Assembly (NCBI GenBank): GCA_951406725.2
Contig: OX597825.1
Coordinates: 43,276,001 to 43,340,000, forward strand
Source of the DNA: Octopus vulgaris
Taxonomy: Eukaryota
Direction: 5' to 3'
DNA length: 64,000 nt
Position 1 is the stretch's first letter. Every line of letters starts with the position of its first letter. The position numbers were made by a program, and so were the translations under genes. The notes beneath the pieces were generated by a model. That model did not search any database. It was not told the origin of the DNA and saw nothing but the letters and a program-made list of their open reading frames with translations. Shown piece after piece: positions 51,991 through 64,000 of this stretch.

Positions 51991-52838
51991 AGAGTTTGTA
52001 CTAACTAGAATATTAATATAATCTACCTACCAACAGTAAGGCAAAACGGTTTTGGATTGTTCAGCTTGTGGTTCTTCAAGGTGTTTTTTTATGCTAGCCC
52101 CTATTGTATGTACAATCATTCTTTTCACCTGATTGTTGTCCTCAGGGTCCTGGTTGTGTATGGTCCAGCCATTCTAGCGCCCTGCGGTGCTTTTCTTTAC
52201 TGGTGAGGTGATGGTGGGTAGTCTTCCCCTCTGTGACCTGCTGGGCTAGAATCTTCTAAGGTCATGATTATCTAGATAGTTACAGTCAGAGCTTAGTTAA
52301 AAGGAGGAGGCTCAGTTCCCTCATGATGACTTTGCGGAACTCTACTTCACTCCCATGTTATCCCATAGATAACGGTAGTGCCGGTGCTGGTGTTGTGTCC
52401 ATTATTGTTATTGGTGTTGTTATTGTTGTGGGTGGTGCTGGTGGCAGTGTGGATGATGTAGTTGGTATTGCTATTTGTGTGTGGGGAATTGCGGTCATTG
52501 TTGTTATTATCATTGATGTTGTTGTTATAATTTTTGTTGTTGTTATAGTTGTTTGTGTGGGAGATGTTTTCGTTTTCATTGTTGTTATTGTCACTATTGT
52601 TGCTGTCATTAACATTGCTATTGTTGTGGTTCTTTTAGTTTCGTATGCTTGGGTTGATGTTGTTATGGTATTGTCCTAACATCCATCCTATTTTTAAGAA
52701 CGTTTTTGCAATCTCAGACATACAATCAATTTTTCTTATCTGTAGCAAACTTCAATGAAGTAAATGAATAGAAATTGAAGCAGTGAGTGCGTTAATTAAT
52801 AAGGCATTAGAACAGAATGTCTCTCTCCAGACGTAACA

Positions 52839-52922
<84 letters not shown>

Positions 52923-52924
52923 AT

Positions 52925-54470
52925 TCATGTTCTGACACTGCTTCAGACTTAACACAATGGCCTACATCAAGTGCCTTGAGGAGGTAGTGCTGAAGAAGGT
53001 GGCTGCAGAAAGATCTTATGTCTGGCAACAGGGCTCTGTATTATGACGCACAAGCAGGAAAACCCAGTCATGGCTATCAGACAATTTTTGAGACCACATC
53101 ACCCCTAACATCTGGCCACCTAATCCCCCAGATTGTAACCCCGTTGATTGATGATGGCAATCCCTCAAGGTCGAGTATGATAGTCTTCGCGCAAATTTTC
53201 TGGTGAGTCCGTAGGTGACCGATAAGACCAATTCTTGCTTGAAACGGACATCTAGTGCGGACATCTAGTGCCGGAAGGGAGAGCCGCACGTGGTTGTTGT
53301 TGGCGCTCCTTCCGTCGTCGTCTTTTCTCTTTCAGCTCTGCAGACCTTTTTGACTCGAAAGTCGCCGTTCCCTCATGGATGGTGGTTTTCCAGAGTGGTC
53401 TGTTTTTTTGCCGTTTCCTCCCAGTTAGTGAAGTCGATGTCACACTTTTTGAGGTTCGTTTTCAGGGAGTCCTTGTAGCGTTTCTTCTGGCCTCGTCAGA
53501 CATTCTAACCACGTGGCCGCTCCATCTTAGTTGGCCTTTGATGACATAGGCTTCGATGCTGGTCATTTTTGCTTCTTGTAGCATGCTGACGTTTGTTCGT
53601 CTGTCTTCCCAGATGATGTTAAGGATCTTCCGAAGACAACGTTGATGAAATTTCTCGAGCGTTTTCAGGTGGTGACTATACGGGGTTCAGGTTTCGGATG
53701 CGTAAAGGAGGGTTTGAATAATGACTGCCCTGTACACCATGAGTTTGGTTTCGGTTCGGATGTCCCGATCAGCAAAAGCTCTTGTTCGAAGCTTGCCGAA
53801 AGCTGTTCCTGCACACTTCAGACGGTGTTGGATTTCATCGCTGAGGTCTACCTTTGCTGATAGATGGCTCCCAAGGTAGCAGAAATGGTTCACATTTTCC
53901 AGTGGAATTCCTTCGAGTTGAATCGATGGCGGGTTGTCAACACGGGCATTGGGAGGAGGTTGGTGGAGTAAGTGAGTCTTCTTGATGTTGATGCTCAGTC
54001 CAAGTTTAGTATATGCATTTAGGATCTGTTGGAGGTTATCCTCTCTGTAAGCTGCTACACTGTTGTCGTCGGCATATTGGAACTCTAGCAAGCTTCGCGC
54101 CATTGTCTTTGACGTACTTTTGAGGCGAGCGAGGTTGAAAAGCTTGCCGTCCATTCTGTACGAGATCTCGATGCCAGGTGGAAGATCATCTCGTATAATG
54201 TGCAAGACTGTCGCGATAAAGATGGTAAAGAGAGTTGGCGCTATCACGCAGCCTGCTTCACTCCGGAGGTGACTTTAAAGGGCTCAGAACTGCCTCCGTC
54301 GGCCTGGACTCTGGCGTGCATATTGTCGTGGAGGAGTTCATCCGGAACCCCGTTGATTATCATGTGTGGGGCGCAGTTGAGCGAGAAACCAACAAATCTC
54401 CATGTAACACCAAAGATAAACTTAGGGCAAGGATTATGGCAGCATTCACTAACTTAAACAAGGACCCTGT
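52925..54470 (+). mobile_element. maT/DD37D-like transposase 3' fragment split by an RTE insertion
   Basis: [39 protein letters not shown] | YHVWGAVERETNKSPCNTKDKLRARIMAAF is continuous once 53150-54358 is removed. Confidence 0.8.
53150..54345 (-). mobile_element. 5'-truncated RTE-clade LINE with 13-bp TSD (aaccccgttgatt at 53137-53149 and 54346-54358)
   Basis: LLHDNMHARV..VTSGVKQ, IAPTLFTIF, YRMDGKLFNLARL, QYADD, GLSINIKKT, FCYLGS, LLYASET; C-terminal ..RIGLIGHLRTH. Confidence 0.93.
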
Positions 54471-54580
54471 ATATGTATACATACCTACAAACATATATAC
54501 ATACATACATACATACAAACATACATACATACATACATACATACATACATACATACATACATACACACACACATGTGGGT

Positions 54581-55830
54581 GAGGGTGTTCTGAAAAGTTC
54601 ATAGACTGACTATGAAGGAGTGATACAAGAGCTGTGAAATCTTGCATGCATAAATTTTAACCCTTCTTATTAATAACTGCATTGTTTTGTTTCAGGCAAA
54701 CTGACATATGACTGTTCAAAGAAGACTCCCTATGTAACTAATAGCGACTTCTCTTGAAAATGGATAAAATTTCGCATCAAGTACCTGCAGAAAAGAGCTT
54801 AGCCCGCAAGGACATTCATAATAACTTCGTTGCTACATTACATGATGAGGTCCAGGGTTATCAACAGTGCGAAAGTGATCAACTGGGTTTAGTAGAGAAA
54901 GGGAAAGTGTTAAAGATGACCCAAGGTTTCGACGTACTGCAACTGCCACCACCGAGGGAAACATTATTCGCCACATGTTGATGGAAGCCAGACGATTGAC
55001 TATAAATGATATAGTCAATGTTCTTAGGGTATACCGTGAGAGTGTTGAGAATATTCTGCACCACGAACTTAGCATGCCGAAGGTTTGTGATCAGTGGGTA
55101 CCACGTCTTCTGACACCTGATCACAAGCGCACGACGTTGATCATATCATAGCAAAACCTGACATTGTTGGAGGCAATCAGCTGGTTTCCTTGAACGTTTC
55201 CTTACCCAGGATGCGTGTTTAGTTTATAACTTTGAGCCAGAGACAAAGAGACAATTGATGCAGTGGAAATACCCCTCTCACCTGCTCCAAAGAAGGCCAA
55301 TGTCGGTTCATTTGCATGGAAGGAGATGGTCTAAGTTTTGGGAGATACGAAGGGCATTATGTTTATTGGCTATCAAAAGTGCCACATAATCAAGGGAGAG
55401 TATGCTGCTAAATTGTTGTAGCAGTTTTGAAAGGCTAGCAAGATCAAATCCCGGGAAACTGACGAAAGTGTTCTTGTTTCATCAGGGCAATGTTCCAGCG
55501 CACAAGTCTTTAGTTTCAATGGCTCTTGTGTGTGACTGTGGCTTTGAACTTATTGATTACCGTTCCTATTCTCTTGGTTTCGCCACCACCACCACCACCA
55601 CCATCTAACTATTATCTGTTTCACAACAAGAAAATCACTTGACTGGGAACAAGTGTCGCAGTGATAATGGCGTTATATCTACTGCTGTTGACTTTTTTCA
55701 TCAACAACATCAAAGTTTCTTCACTGATGATATCCAAGCACTGCAACACTGCTGGTAATAGTGTGTAGATCGTAACGGGTAAAAATGTTGAAAAATAAAT
55801 TTTGTTTGGTCCTCGTATGAACTTTTCAGC
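54581..55830 (+). mobile_element. Near full-length decayed mariner element
   Basis: TIR-like gagggtgttctgaaaagttcata / tatgaacttttcagcc; ILHHELSMPKVCDQWVPRLLTPDHKR, FEPETKRQLMQWK, FHQGNVPAHKS..CGFELIDYRSYS. Confidence 0.85.
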
Positions 55831-55834
55831 CGAG

Positions 55835-56242
<408 letters not shown>

Positions 56243-58316
56243 TCTGCAGCGTTTGCGGTTCTACTTTGATTTGAGATCAGTTATTGTGGATGACGGATGT
56301 TAAATGTATGATTCGTTAAAGCTCCAATGTCAAACCGTGAGTAGATAAATTGTTAAAATTCGCTTTTAGGTAGCATTTTTAGGTATTTTGCTTGGAAAAG
56401 TAATCAGTGTATATATTTTTTCGCCCTTCATTTCGACTCCTCTTCCTTGAATATGAGATCCCTTTTACCCTTCATACTGATATTTGTTGTGTGTTTTGCA
56501 TGAAATCCGTACTGTTTTCCAGCTATTTCTCTATTAACCTTTATTTTATTCTTCCACATGGCGGAGTTAGTTGTGGAGCAACGTTAGAAGTCTTTCGTTT
56601 TGGGCTGCGTATTACTGTTGTTGCTGAAGCCAATATTAATCTCGTTCCTTGTAGTGGGAATGGTTATGGTATTAATATAACTGCTTTTGATGGTATTCGA
56701 TGTCCTATTAGCAGTTTGAACCAGCTTGAGCTGGTAACAAATGTCTTGCTATTCTTTTTATTGCTGTTGGCAAAATTGTTCCTGCATTCCTATGAAACTG
56801 GCTGAACCAGAAATTCTTATCACTATAAACAGTGACGTAGCTATTGTCTCGTTCCTTGTTTTCATTATCATTATATTTGGTGTTGTTGATAACTGCGACT
56901 GGCGCTGGCAAACTAAATTTTGTCGCTCTTTCACCTTTCACGTCACCTTTTCGTGATTTCTTTGTTAGAAACTTACACTTGTTTTAAAATAAGGTAACTT
57001 TGAAACGATCAACAATCACAATTGTGCTAACCGCGCTTAAATGTAGCTGATGAAATTCTTGCATAGTTATCAATAACAGAAACAGGCTTTGATTCGGACA
57101 TACAAAAAAGAAAAATTATAAAAACTTGCTCAGCTGAAAATCAGTGTGGCTTTCGCAGCAAAGACGATAACAATTATGGCGATGATGGAGAGGAGGAAGA
57201 GGAGGCATGGAAGCAGAAAGATAATGGCAAATACGACGACGATGGTGATGATGGCGATGATGTGTCCCAACAGCCATTAATAGACTGGAGATTTATTAAT
57301 TTGAACCTATTTCAATGCAATAGTTTCAACAGAAACAATTATTTTGGAATCTACTTAGACTGAACAGAAGTATCTAGGTATACTGAAACTAGATGACATC
57401 ATCCAAAAGGAATTGAATAAAACTTTTCATTGAAGTCCAAACTTAATTCAAAGAATTTGATAAATAAATTCAATACATGGGTGGGAGGGGGCTGACATCG
57501 TTAGTTGCAGTATTGGAATACTTAAATGGACAAAAGATAATACCAGAAAAATAAGCCTGTCGATGGAGTTGCTCATCTGAATGGAAATAGCAATAGTTTA
57601 TAGATTAAAAGCAAGGTTGGGTTTTGACCACTTATTTCTAAAGCAAAGGTCCCTAAGCCATTGTCTTGCAAAATTTGTTTAACTTTCAAAGAACTAGGAC
57701 TTCTCAGCACTGAACATGAACTATGCGTTCTTCCTACTGTGTAGGAAGAATGTGTAGTTACATAGATAGATTTAGAAGAGAAGTACCAAAATAAATATAT
57801 TCATACAGACAGTTCCGGAGGGATACAAACAATGTGAAAAGTAATGAATCACCGATTCTCGCGATTTGTAGGATACATGCAACAAGCTTTCAAATGTAAT
57901 TCAAAGAAATTATTTTAGAAATTTCTGTTAGAAAGAAATATTCTAGCTGTGCTTCATTTTATAAGAATTACTCTCTACCAAGCGTTAATATATTTAACTA
58001 ACACATTAAACCAGAATGAATTCAGAATTCAAGTTGGACAATCAATAACACTTTTGTATGAAAGACCTCAATCTGTACCTGCTAGATGAGGATAATCAAC
58101 TGCATATATTACCCCAATCTTTACATATATTTGTGTGTAGATGAATATGTGATACACCATTGGAAGGTGTGCACAATTAACCTCGATGATAGAGGCAATA
58201 ATGAAGCTAATATTAAGAAGATAAGAGAATGACACAGAATAAAGACTTACACTTACCTAGGAATTATTCAATTAGTGTACACCACACAAAAAACGAAACT
58301 TAGGAAAGAATATTAT

Positions 58317-58408
58317 TTACATTAGTTACATTTCACGGATATTTGTCACACGGGCTTATGGCGTAGTGGTTAAGACACCAAGATTCCGAGTTCAATTGCA
58401 GGAAGTGA

Positions 58409-58492
<84 letters not shown>

Positions 58493-58712
58493 CAACAACA
58501 ACAACAACAACAAAAACAACAAAAACAACAAAAACATCGAAAAATACCTTATGAATGAGAACCCAGGTTCGAAATTTTCCCAAGACACCTGATGAAGGCT
58601 GGAGGGTATATCAGCCGAAACGGTGTGTTAACAACAAACAAGATGAGGACAAATCTCTGTCAAATGTAAATAATGTAAATAATGTACATAATTCCTCATC
58701 TCTTAAATACAG
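58317..58712 (+). mobile_element. tRNA-headed SINE with internal (AAT)n(AAC)n, 3' hammerhead, inverted 3' stub at the 5' end, and 20-bp TSD
   Basis: A box tggcgtagtggt (58359), B-box-like gagttcaattgc (58388). TSD aacttagga(a/c)agaatattat at 58297-58316 and 58713-58732. 58312-58347 is the reverse complement of ~58648-58684. Confidence 0.85.
58584..58629 (+). ncRNA. Minimal type I hammerhead in SINE tail
   Basis: gacac-CTGATGA-a-ggctg-(10 nt)-cagcc-GAAA-cggt-gtgtt. Stem I gacac/gtgtt, 5-bp stem II; stem III is one substitution from the palindrome AACGTT. Confidence 0.7.
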
Positions 58713-58936
58713 AACTTAGGACAGAATATTATAAAGATATTCGATTAATACTTCAGAGATAAGCGTAAACTGTTACAATAAAATGTTATAGAATTACAAC
58801 GAAATGAATTCGCAAGGCAAGCTATGAAAACTAGAAGAATAATGACTGCATATTATATGCATGTTATTTCACTTCCCTGTGAAAGTGGCTGTATAAAAAT
58901 TTGTAGTTGGTAGCTGTGTAAAAATCTGTTCGTGGT

Positions 58937-59345
58937 GGTGCAGGCGTGGCTGCGTTGTAAAAAATTCGCTTCCCCGCCATACGGTTCCGAGGTTCAGTCC
59001 CACTGCGTAACACTTTGTGTAAGTGTCTTCTACTATAGCCTCGAGCTAAAAGTTATTTCGTAGATTTGGTAGCTGGAAACTAAAAGAAGGCCGTCGTGTG
59101 TGTGGGTATGTGCGTGTGTGTATGTGTTTGTATGCGCGCGCGTGTTTGTCCCACCCACCGATTAACAACTGGTGTTGGTTTGTTTACGTCCCCGTAATTT
59201 AGCTGTTCAGCAAAAGAGAACGACAGAATAAGTACGAGGTTTAAAACAAAAATTAATACTAGGATCGATTAGTTCAACTAAAATTCTTCAAGCCGTGCCT
59301 CAGCATGGCTGCAGTGTAATGACTGAAACAACTGAAGGATAAAAG
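58937..59345 (+). mobile_element. Full-length tRNA-derived SINE with internal (TG)n (most abundant SINE family in the window)
   Basis: ggtgcaggcgtggctgcgttgtaa...ggttcagtcccactgcg head, central gtgtcttctactatagcc, (TG)n, tail agcatggctgcagt..gactgaaaca; four other partial copies in the window. Confidence 0.8.
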
Positions 59346-61878
59346 ATTAAGAGATAAAGGTATTTGTGAGTTGTGTTATTGAAATAAAGGCCCTTGTAAG
59401 GCTAGTGTAATACATAACAACACTGCGATATTTTATTAATAATTAAGGATTTACATCACTCTCTACTAGACGTTCGACGAACTGGAAGGACTAGATGACG
59501 AATTAAGAATATTAATGACTGCCTTTAGAACACAAACTAAATATCTGAATAGAAAAATATTAAATTTAATTCAAATAGAGAGAAATGGGGAACTTCTGTA
59601 GTTATCCCAGTTATTGAGTTTTATCGACAAGATACTGCTGACAAGGATTTCAGGAGAAGTACTGATCGAAGTATCTATATCTATGCTAATATACTACAAT
59701 GTGTGTAAGAAGTGGAAAACCGATCCAAATAATTGGTTGTCAGATAAATTCGTTCGTTTTTTTATTGGTTCTCCATTGACATATATCAGAAAAGAAATAA
59801 AATTTGTTCAAAGCCCAAAAATAGTGCTACAAAAGAGAAAACATAACATTTTGGATAAATATATTTTCGTCCTAACATGGGAAAAGATGAAAATAAAATA
59901 AAATGAAATTATCTAACAACCCATCATATTGACCTACAACTATAGATCACCCAAATATGTGGTAAGAAATCAGAAGAAATTTCTATTATTTGCTATACAA
60001 ATTTCTTTAAAATGATGCAGATACCTACTCTTAATACCTATTCTAAGAAAAAGGAGCACGGAGGTTGCCCAAAACAGGGGAATAATATGCTAAGTATTGA
60101 GAGAGGGTTTAGAATATCAATTTACGCAAATACAAGTAAACAAGAAACTGCACAGTGGGGGCTAATGGCGCTGGAGAAATTTTAACAGTAACACGGGACA
60201 AAGTCGATGGATCCCCCAAAATTATGTGAGATAAATATTGTAAGAAAAGAAACCCATTCCAGGACCATTATTCTGCAATACTTAGCAGAGAAAGAGTAAG
60301 CCAATTTGAAAATCGGCAATGTCTCAGAAGTTCTGGATTCAAAGATGAACTTGAAGATATAATTCCAGCAATATAAAATCTATGCTTAACCACATATACA
60401 GCTAATGGAATAATTCAACAAGTGTTAACATAAACTGGAGACTATGCAGTTTGTAGAGTGTGTATGCATGCGTGATTTGGAGTCTGTTGCCACGGCATCG
60501 TTAATTCGGTTATGTACGTTGCATTTATGTGCGCTTTCATTGATTCTTGTATTTGTTGGGTTTTGTATCTCATAGTTTCGATTTCTGTGTATGTCTCTTT
60601 CTGTTAAGACGTATGAATGCATGCTTGAGAATGTGTGAATTCAGTTGTATCAGTGTGATGATTGTGTATGTACGAATTTGTTCATAGAAAAAGCATGCGA
60701 TATTTCAACGAATTATTTTAAGGATAAAATAACCCTTTTCGTAAAATTTGTGTATAGTAATTTATTTGAGATATAATTTCTTTTCAATTTCATATAAGGA
60801 AGTTTACTCTGCAGATGTTAATAATTACAGCGCAATATACTATCTGAATAAGGATGAGGAAATATCTTACGCTCTTTAAATTTTATCTTACTGCTAGTGA
60901 TCGGTAGTTATGATATTCAAGAAAGAATTTCCTAATATGAAACCACGAAAAAAAAAAGCATTTGTATGTGTATTGAATATTTGGAATTGGTATTTCAATA
61001 TTGATATTTTCCTAGTTCATAAAAGACACAGAAAACATTTAATTCGGTATATTATTTCATATTTTATATAGGACTTGATATTTCATTATATAGGGTATAT
61101 TCTTATTTCTTAGAAACCAAATGTGAATTGCTAGTATTGCAATCAATCATCTCAGCAAGAAAACAGAAAGAAAAAGAACTATAAATATTCCATGCATTTC
61201 TTACAGACTAGAATTTTTACCATCTTTAATGAAATGTATCAATTCATAAAATAAGTCACAGGATATATCATGCTGATGAATTCTCCCGTTCTGCTTCCAG
61301 TTGCGGTAGACATACGCCAATGCTCGATTTTCAGAAGTTAGTAGATATCCACCAATGCCCGACTTGCAGAAGGCTGTGAGCACCTGAGGGTACTAAAGGT
61401 ACCAGATGTCCAGCATCGGTCAAAGTTTGATCCAGGTCTGCAGTTCAGTCTAAGACACAAGCTACGAAAATGAGAGACTAATTAATGACTACCAACTGTG
61501 CATGTGTGTGCATGATCAGGTACGGCATGCTCAGTCTTCCACTCGGCGGGTATTTATAACAAATGGATAACTCTACCTGTAGGATGCGTCCCTTTGCCAG
61601 AAAGCGGAAGGAGAGGCATTCCAGTTCAGTCAGACGTTAACTAGGACAGGCTACGACTATGGGGTGGTAATATATGATGGAAGCGATTTATGCGCCTGTT
61701 CGAACTCTCAGGGATAGCTTTCTCCTCAATATGGTACACAGTAACAGTTGTAAACAAATTCTTACCCTCACCTTGCTTAACTAATTGAATAATGACTTTT
61801 TTATATATGTATATAAAAACACACCTACCGTATCTTTCCTGGATTATTAGAGGGTTGGAGTTTTAACTGCTCTTTCTG

Positions 61879-62030
61879 GTGAGCCCGATATCCTATTATG
61901 GTCATCTCTTATGTGTTTACATGTACACTGCATTTTTCTATACATATATATGTATGTGTGTGTGTGTATAGAAAAATACAGTGTACATGTAAACACATAA
62001 GAGATGACCATAATAGGATATCGGACTCAC
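61879..62030. repeat. Hairpin with ~66-bp arms and a (TA/TG) microsatellite loop
   Basis: gtgagcccgatatcctattatggtcatctc...tttttctatac is mirrored by gtatagaaaaa...gagatgaccataataggatatcggactcac. Confidence 0.9.
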
Positions 62031-62110
62031 TAGTTAAATTTAAATGTTTAAATGAATCTAACGGCTTTTGTGTGTTTCTTAAATGGATTATAAACACCTT
62101 CCACGCTGCA

Positions 62111-62188
<78 letters not shown>

Positions 62189-62193
<5 letters not shown>

Positions 62194-62425
62194 ATCCCTC
62201 TCCATATCGCAGTTCACCTATCGCAGTTCACTTATCGTGGTTTATTATTTAAACTTACATCGATTCATTCACGGAGTTGTTTTGCATTTATAATAAAATA
62301 AATATATACAAATTATAAAGATAATTAAAAGATATACAGTTCAGTACTGTGCCTACTTCGCAGATTTTCCCCTACCGCGAGGGGTTTTGGAACGTAACGC
62401 CCGCGATAGTCGAGGGATTACTGTA
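62189..62425. mobile_element. Tigger/pogo-type MITE
   Basis: TIRs (t)agtaatccctctccatatcgc / gcgatagtcgagggattactg-TA, subterminal atcgcagttcac repeats and an AT-rich centre. Confidence 0.75.
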
Positions 62426-62840
62426 TATTATTTTAAACAGTTTGCTTCTACTCCATGTGACTTTCAGAAACTTAGCTGTTCCGCGGCAGATTACCGAATG
62501 GAGGAGTACAGGAATTACATGATGGTTTCTACAAAGCAGATAACATCGTGTTGTTAGAAGCTAACACAGTCCAAGAAATTCTCCTTTCTAATGCCTTTGC
62601 CTCCCTGCAATCTCGATCACATTTTTAACAACATCTGAACCGCCTTGCCCCATAGCAGCCTATTTTCCAGTCCGTCTTCGAATTACTATACTTCTCCATT
62701 CGGCGTACGAACCAGATTTTTGCAACAAGCCGGCAAGAGTTTAATTTGTATCGAGCTGAATCAAACTGTATTAAAGAAATCATATAAGCCCTACCGAATA
62801 TGTTGAGTGCCTTTTTATTTCGTTTGTTCACTCACTCATG

Positions 62841-62882
<42 letters not shown>

Positions 62883-62929
62883 CAGGAACGCAAAATTTTC
62901 AAACAGACGATACAAGGAAACAAGGACGA

Positions 62930-63630
62930 ATGATTCGGAGTTTTCTTTCCTCAGTCGAGTTCCAGATTATCTTTGCAATTTCGGCTTGTTATACTCGAGA
63001 TTACTGCAATCAGGCCAGCCCCAAACGACTCTATTATCCTTTCTATTCTTTCAGTTTTTCCTTCTTTCTATCAGCCCTTTCACACTTACATTCTTCATTC
63101 CATTCTTTGTTCTTTCGTTTCTCGCTCTCACATTTTTGGCCTTCTCTTCATGCTCACTTTTTCTCCTCTTTCACTTCACTCTGTCCCTTTCATTTTTTCT
63201 TGCCCCTCCTTAATTCTTCTATCCTTCTGCCTCTACCTCACTCTCTTCTATCCCCACGTGACCGATGTTCGGCCAAGCCTTACCTTTCTTTCTTGGTTCG
63301 ACCAACATCCGTGCAAAATCTATATTCCTCCCTGTGCCTGTCAAATTTAATGTTCCTGCCGTAAGGCTTTACTTCCACACACGCCAGCTTAATTTAATTT
63401 GTTCTTAGTCGAAAGACACATGTTGTTATGTCCTGTTATTAGCATTTGTATTTGTGTAGTATTACACCGTTTTTTTTCGTACACATTCGCTGCTTTCTTC
63501 CAAGGAATCTAATGCTCTTAGCTTAGTTTTTCCTTGGGGCTGGCCAGATTGGAGCAATCTCGAGTATAACCAGCTGAAATTACAAAATTAATCTGGAACT
63601 CGAGGAAAGAAAAGTCCAAATGATTCATGC
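62930..63630. mobile_element. Non-coding element with ~90-bp imperfect inverted ends, between two (TA)n tracts
   Basis: ttttctttcctc..cgagttccagatta..ttatactcgagatt..ggccagccccaa (62935-63024) is mirrored by ttggggctggccag..atctcgagtataa..atctggaactcgaggaaagaaaa (63534-63613). Confidence 0.75.
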
Positions 63631-63654
63631 TTATATATATATATATATATATAC

Positions 63655-64000
63655 ATCTGTAATATAGTATGTAACAATTATTCGATTGCCATAATAAAAC
63701 TCCAAGTTTCGGATGTTGCGGCGGAAAACTCCCCCGACATCTCTTCTGTTATTAAGACAAACAAAAGAGCTATTAGAATGACCGTTAAATAAAGGGAAAA
63801 AACCGAAGGAGAGCTAATAAAAAAACGCTCATAGAATTCGCGTAAGCGCGTATGTACAAAAATATGCATGTGCGCACACATCCCCACGTACATGTGCCTA
63901 TATGCATATGTTCACTCACACTCGCGTAAAGCACGTACATGTACACCCACATACACGCCTATATATGCAACCATACACATATATGTACACATATGCAACC
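63655..64000 (-). mobile_element. 3' terminus of another PLE related to 47503-50170, with hammerhead at 63686-63760; continues beyond the window
   Basis: atctgtaatatagtatgtaacaattattcg aligns with 47503-47533. Minus: ttgtcttaataa-CAGAAGA-gatgt..acatc-c-GAAA-cttggag-TT-ttattatggcaa. Confidence 0.75.

Noticed and set aside
52323-52679. Mucin-like (Thr-rich) or hydrophobic ORFs
   Set aside because: Degenerate (GTT/ATT)n repeat with no splice or domain support.
56407-56956. ORFs of 71-132 aa as host exons
   Set aside because: No recognisable motif or convincing splice context; cannot be supported without RNA-seq or homology data.

Overview
AT-rich, microsatellite-dense animal DNA with no host protein-coding gene I can support, so it is intronic or intergenic. 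The SINE families resemble those I associate with cephalopod (Octopus-like) genomes; this is inferred from recognition, not a search. The window is mostly decayed mobile elements: Dong/R4-, CR1- and RTE-type LINE fragments, mariner/Tc1/maT/Tigger relics, tRNA-derived SINEs, and at least four Penelope-like element (PLE) bodies. The PLE at 35930-40468 has a nearly complete RT + C-terminal GIY-YIG ORF and looks Naiad-like. The main unexplained theme is a set of about 13 intact-to-decayed hammerhead ribozyme (HHR) motifs, nearly all with a palindromic stem III. Most sit in elements inserted in (TA)n that carry an inverted copy of their own 3' end at the 5' side. The best cases are a retrozyme-like tandem with two HHRs 470 nt apart (30641-31433) and a tRNA-headed SINE with an HHR, an inverted 3' stub and a 20-bp TSD (58297-58732). 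Everything was read by eye; coordinates of degraded elements are approximate.
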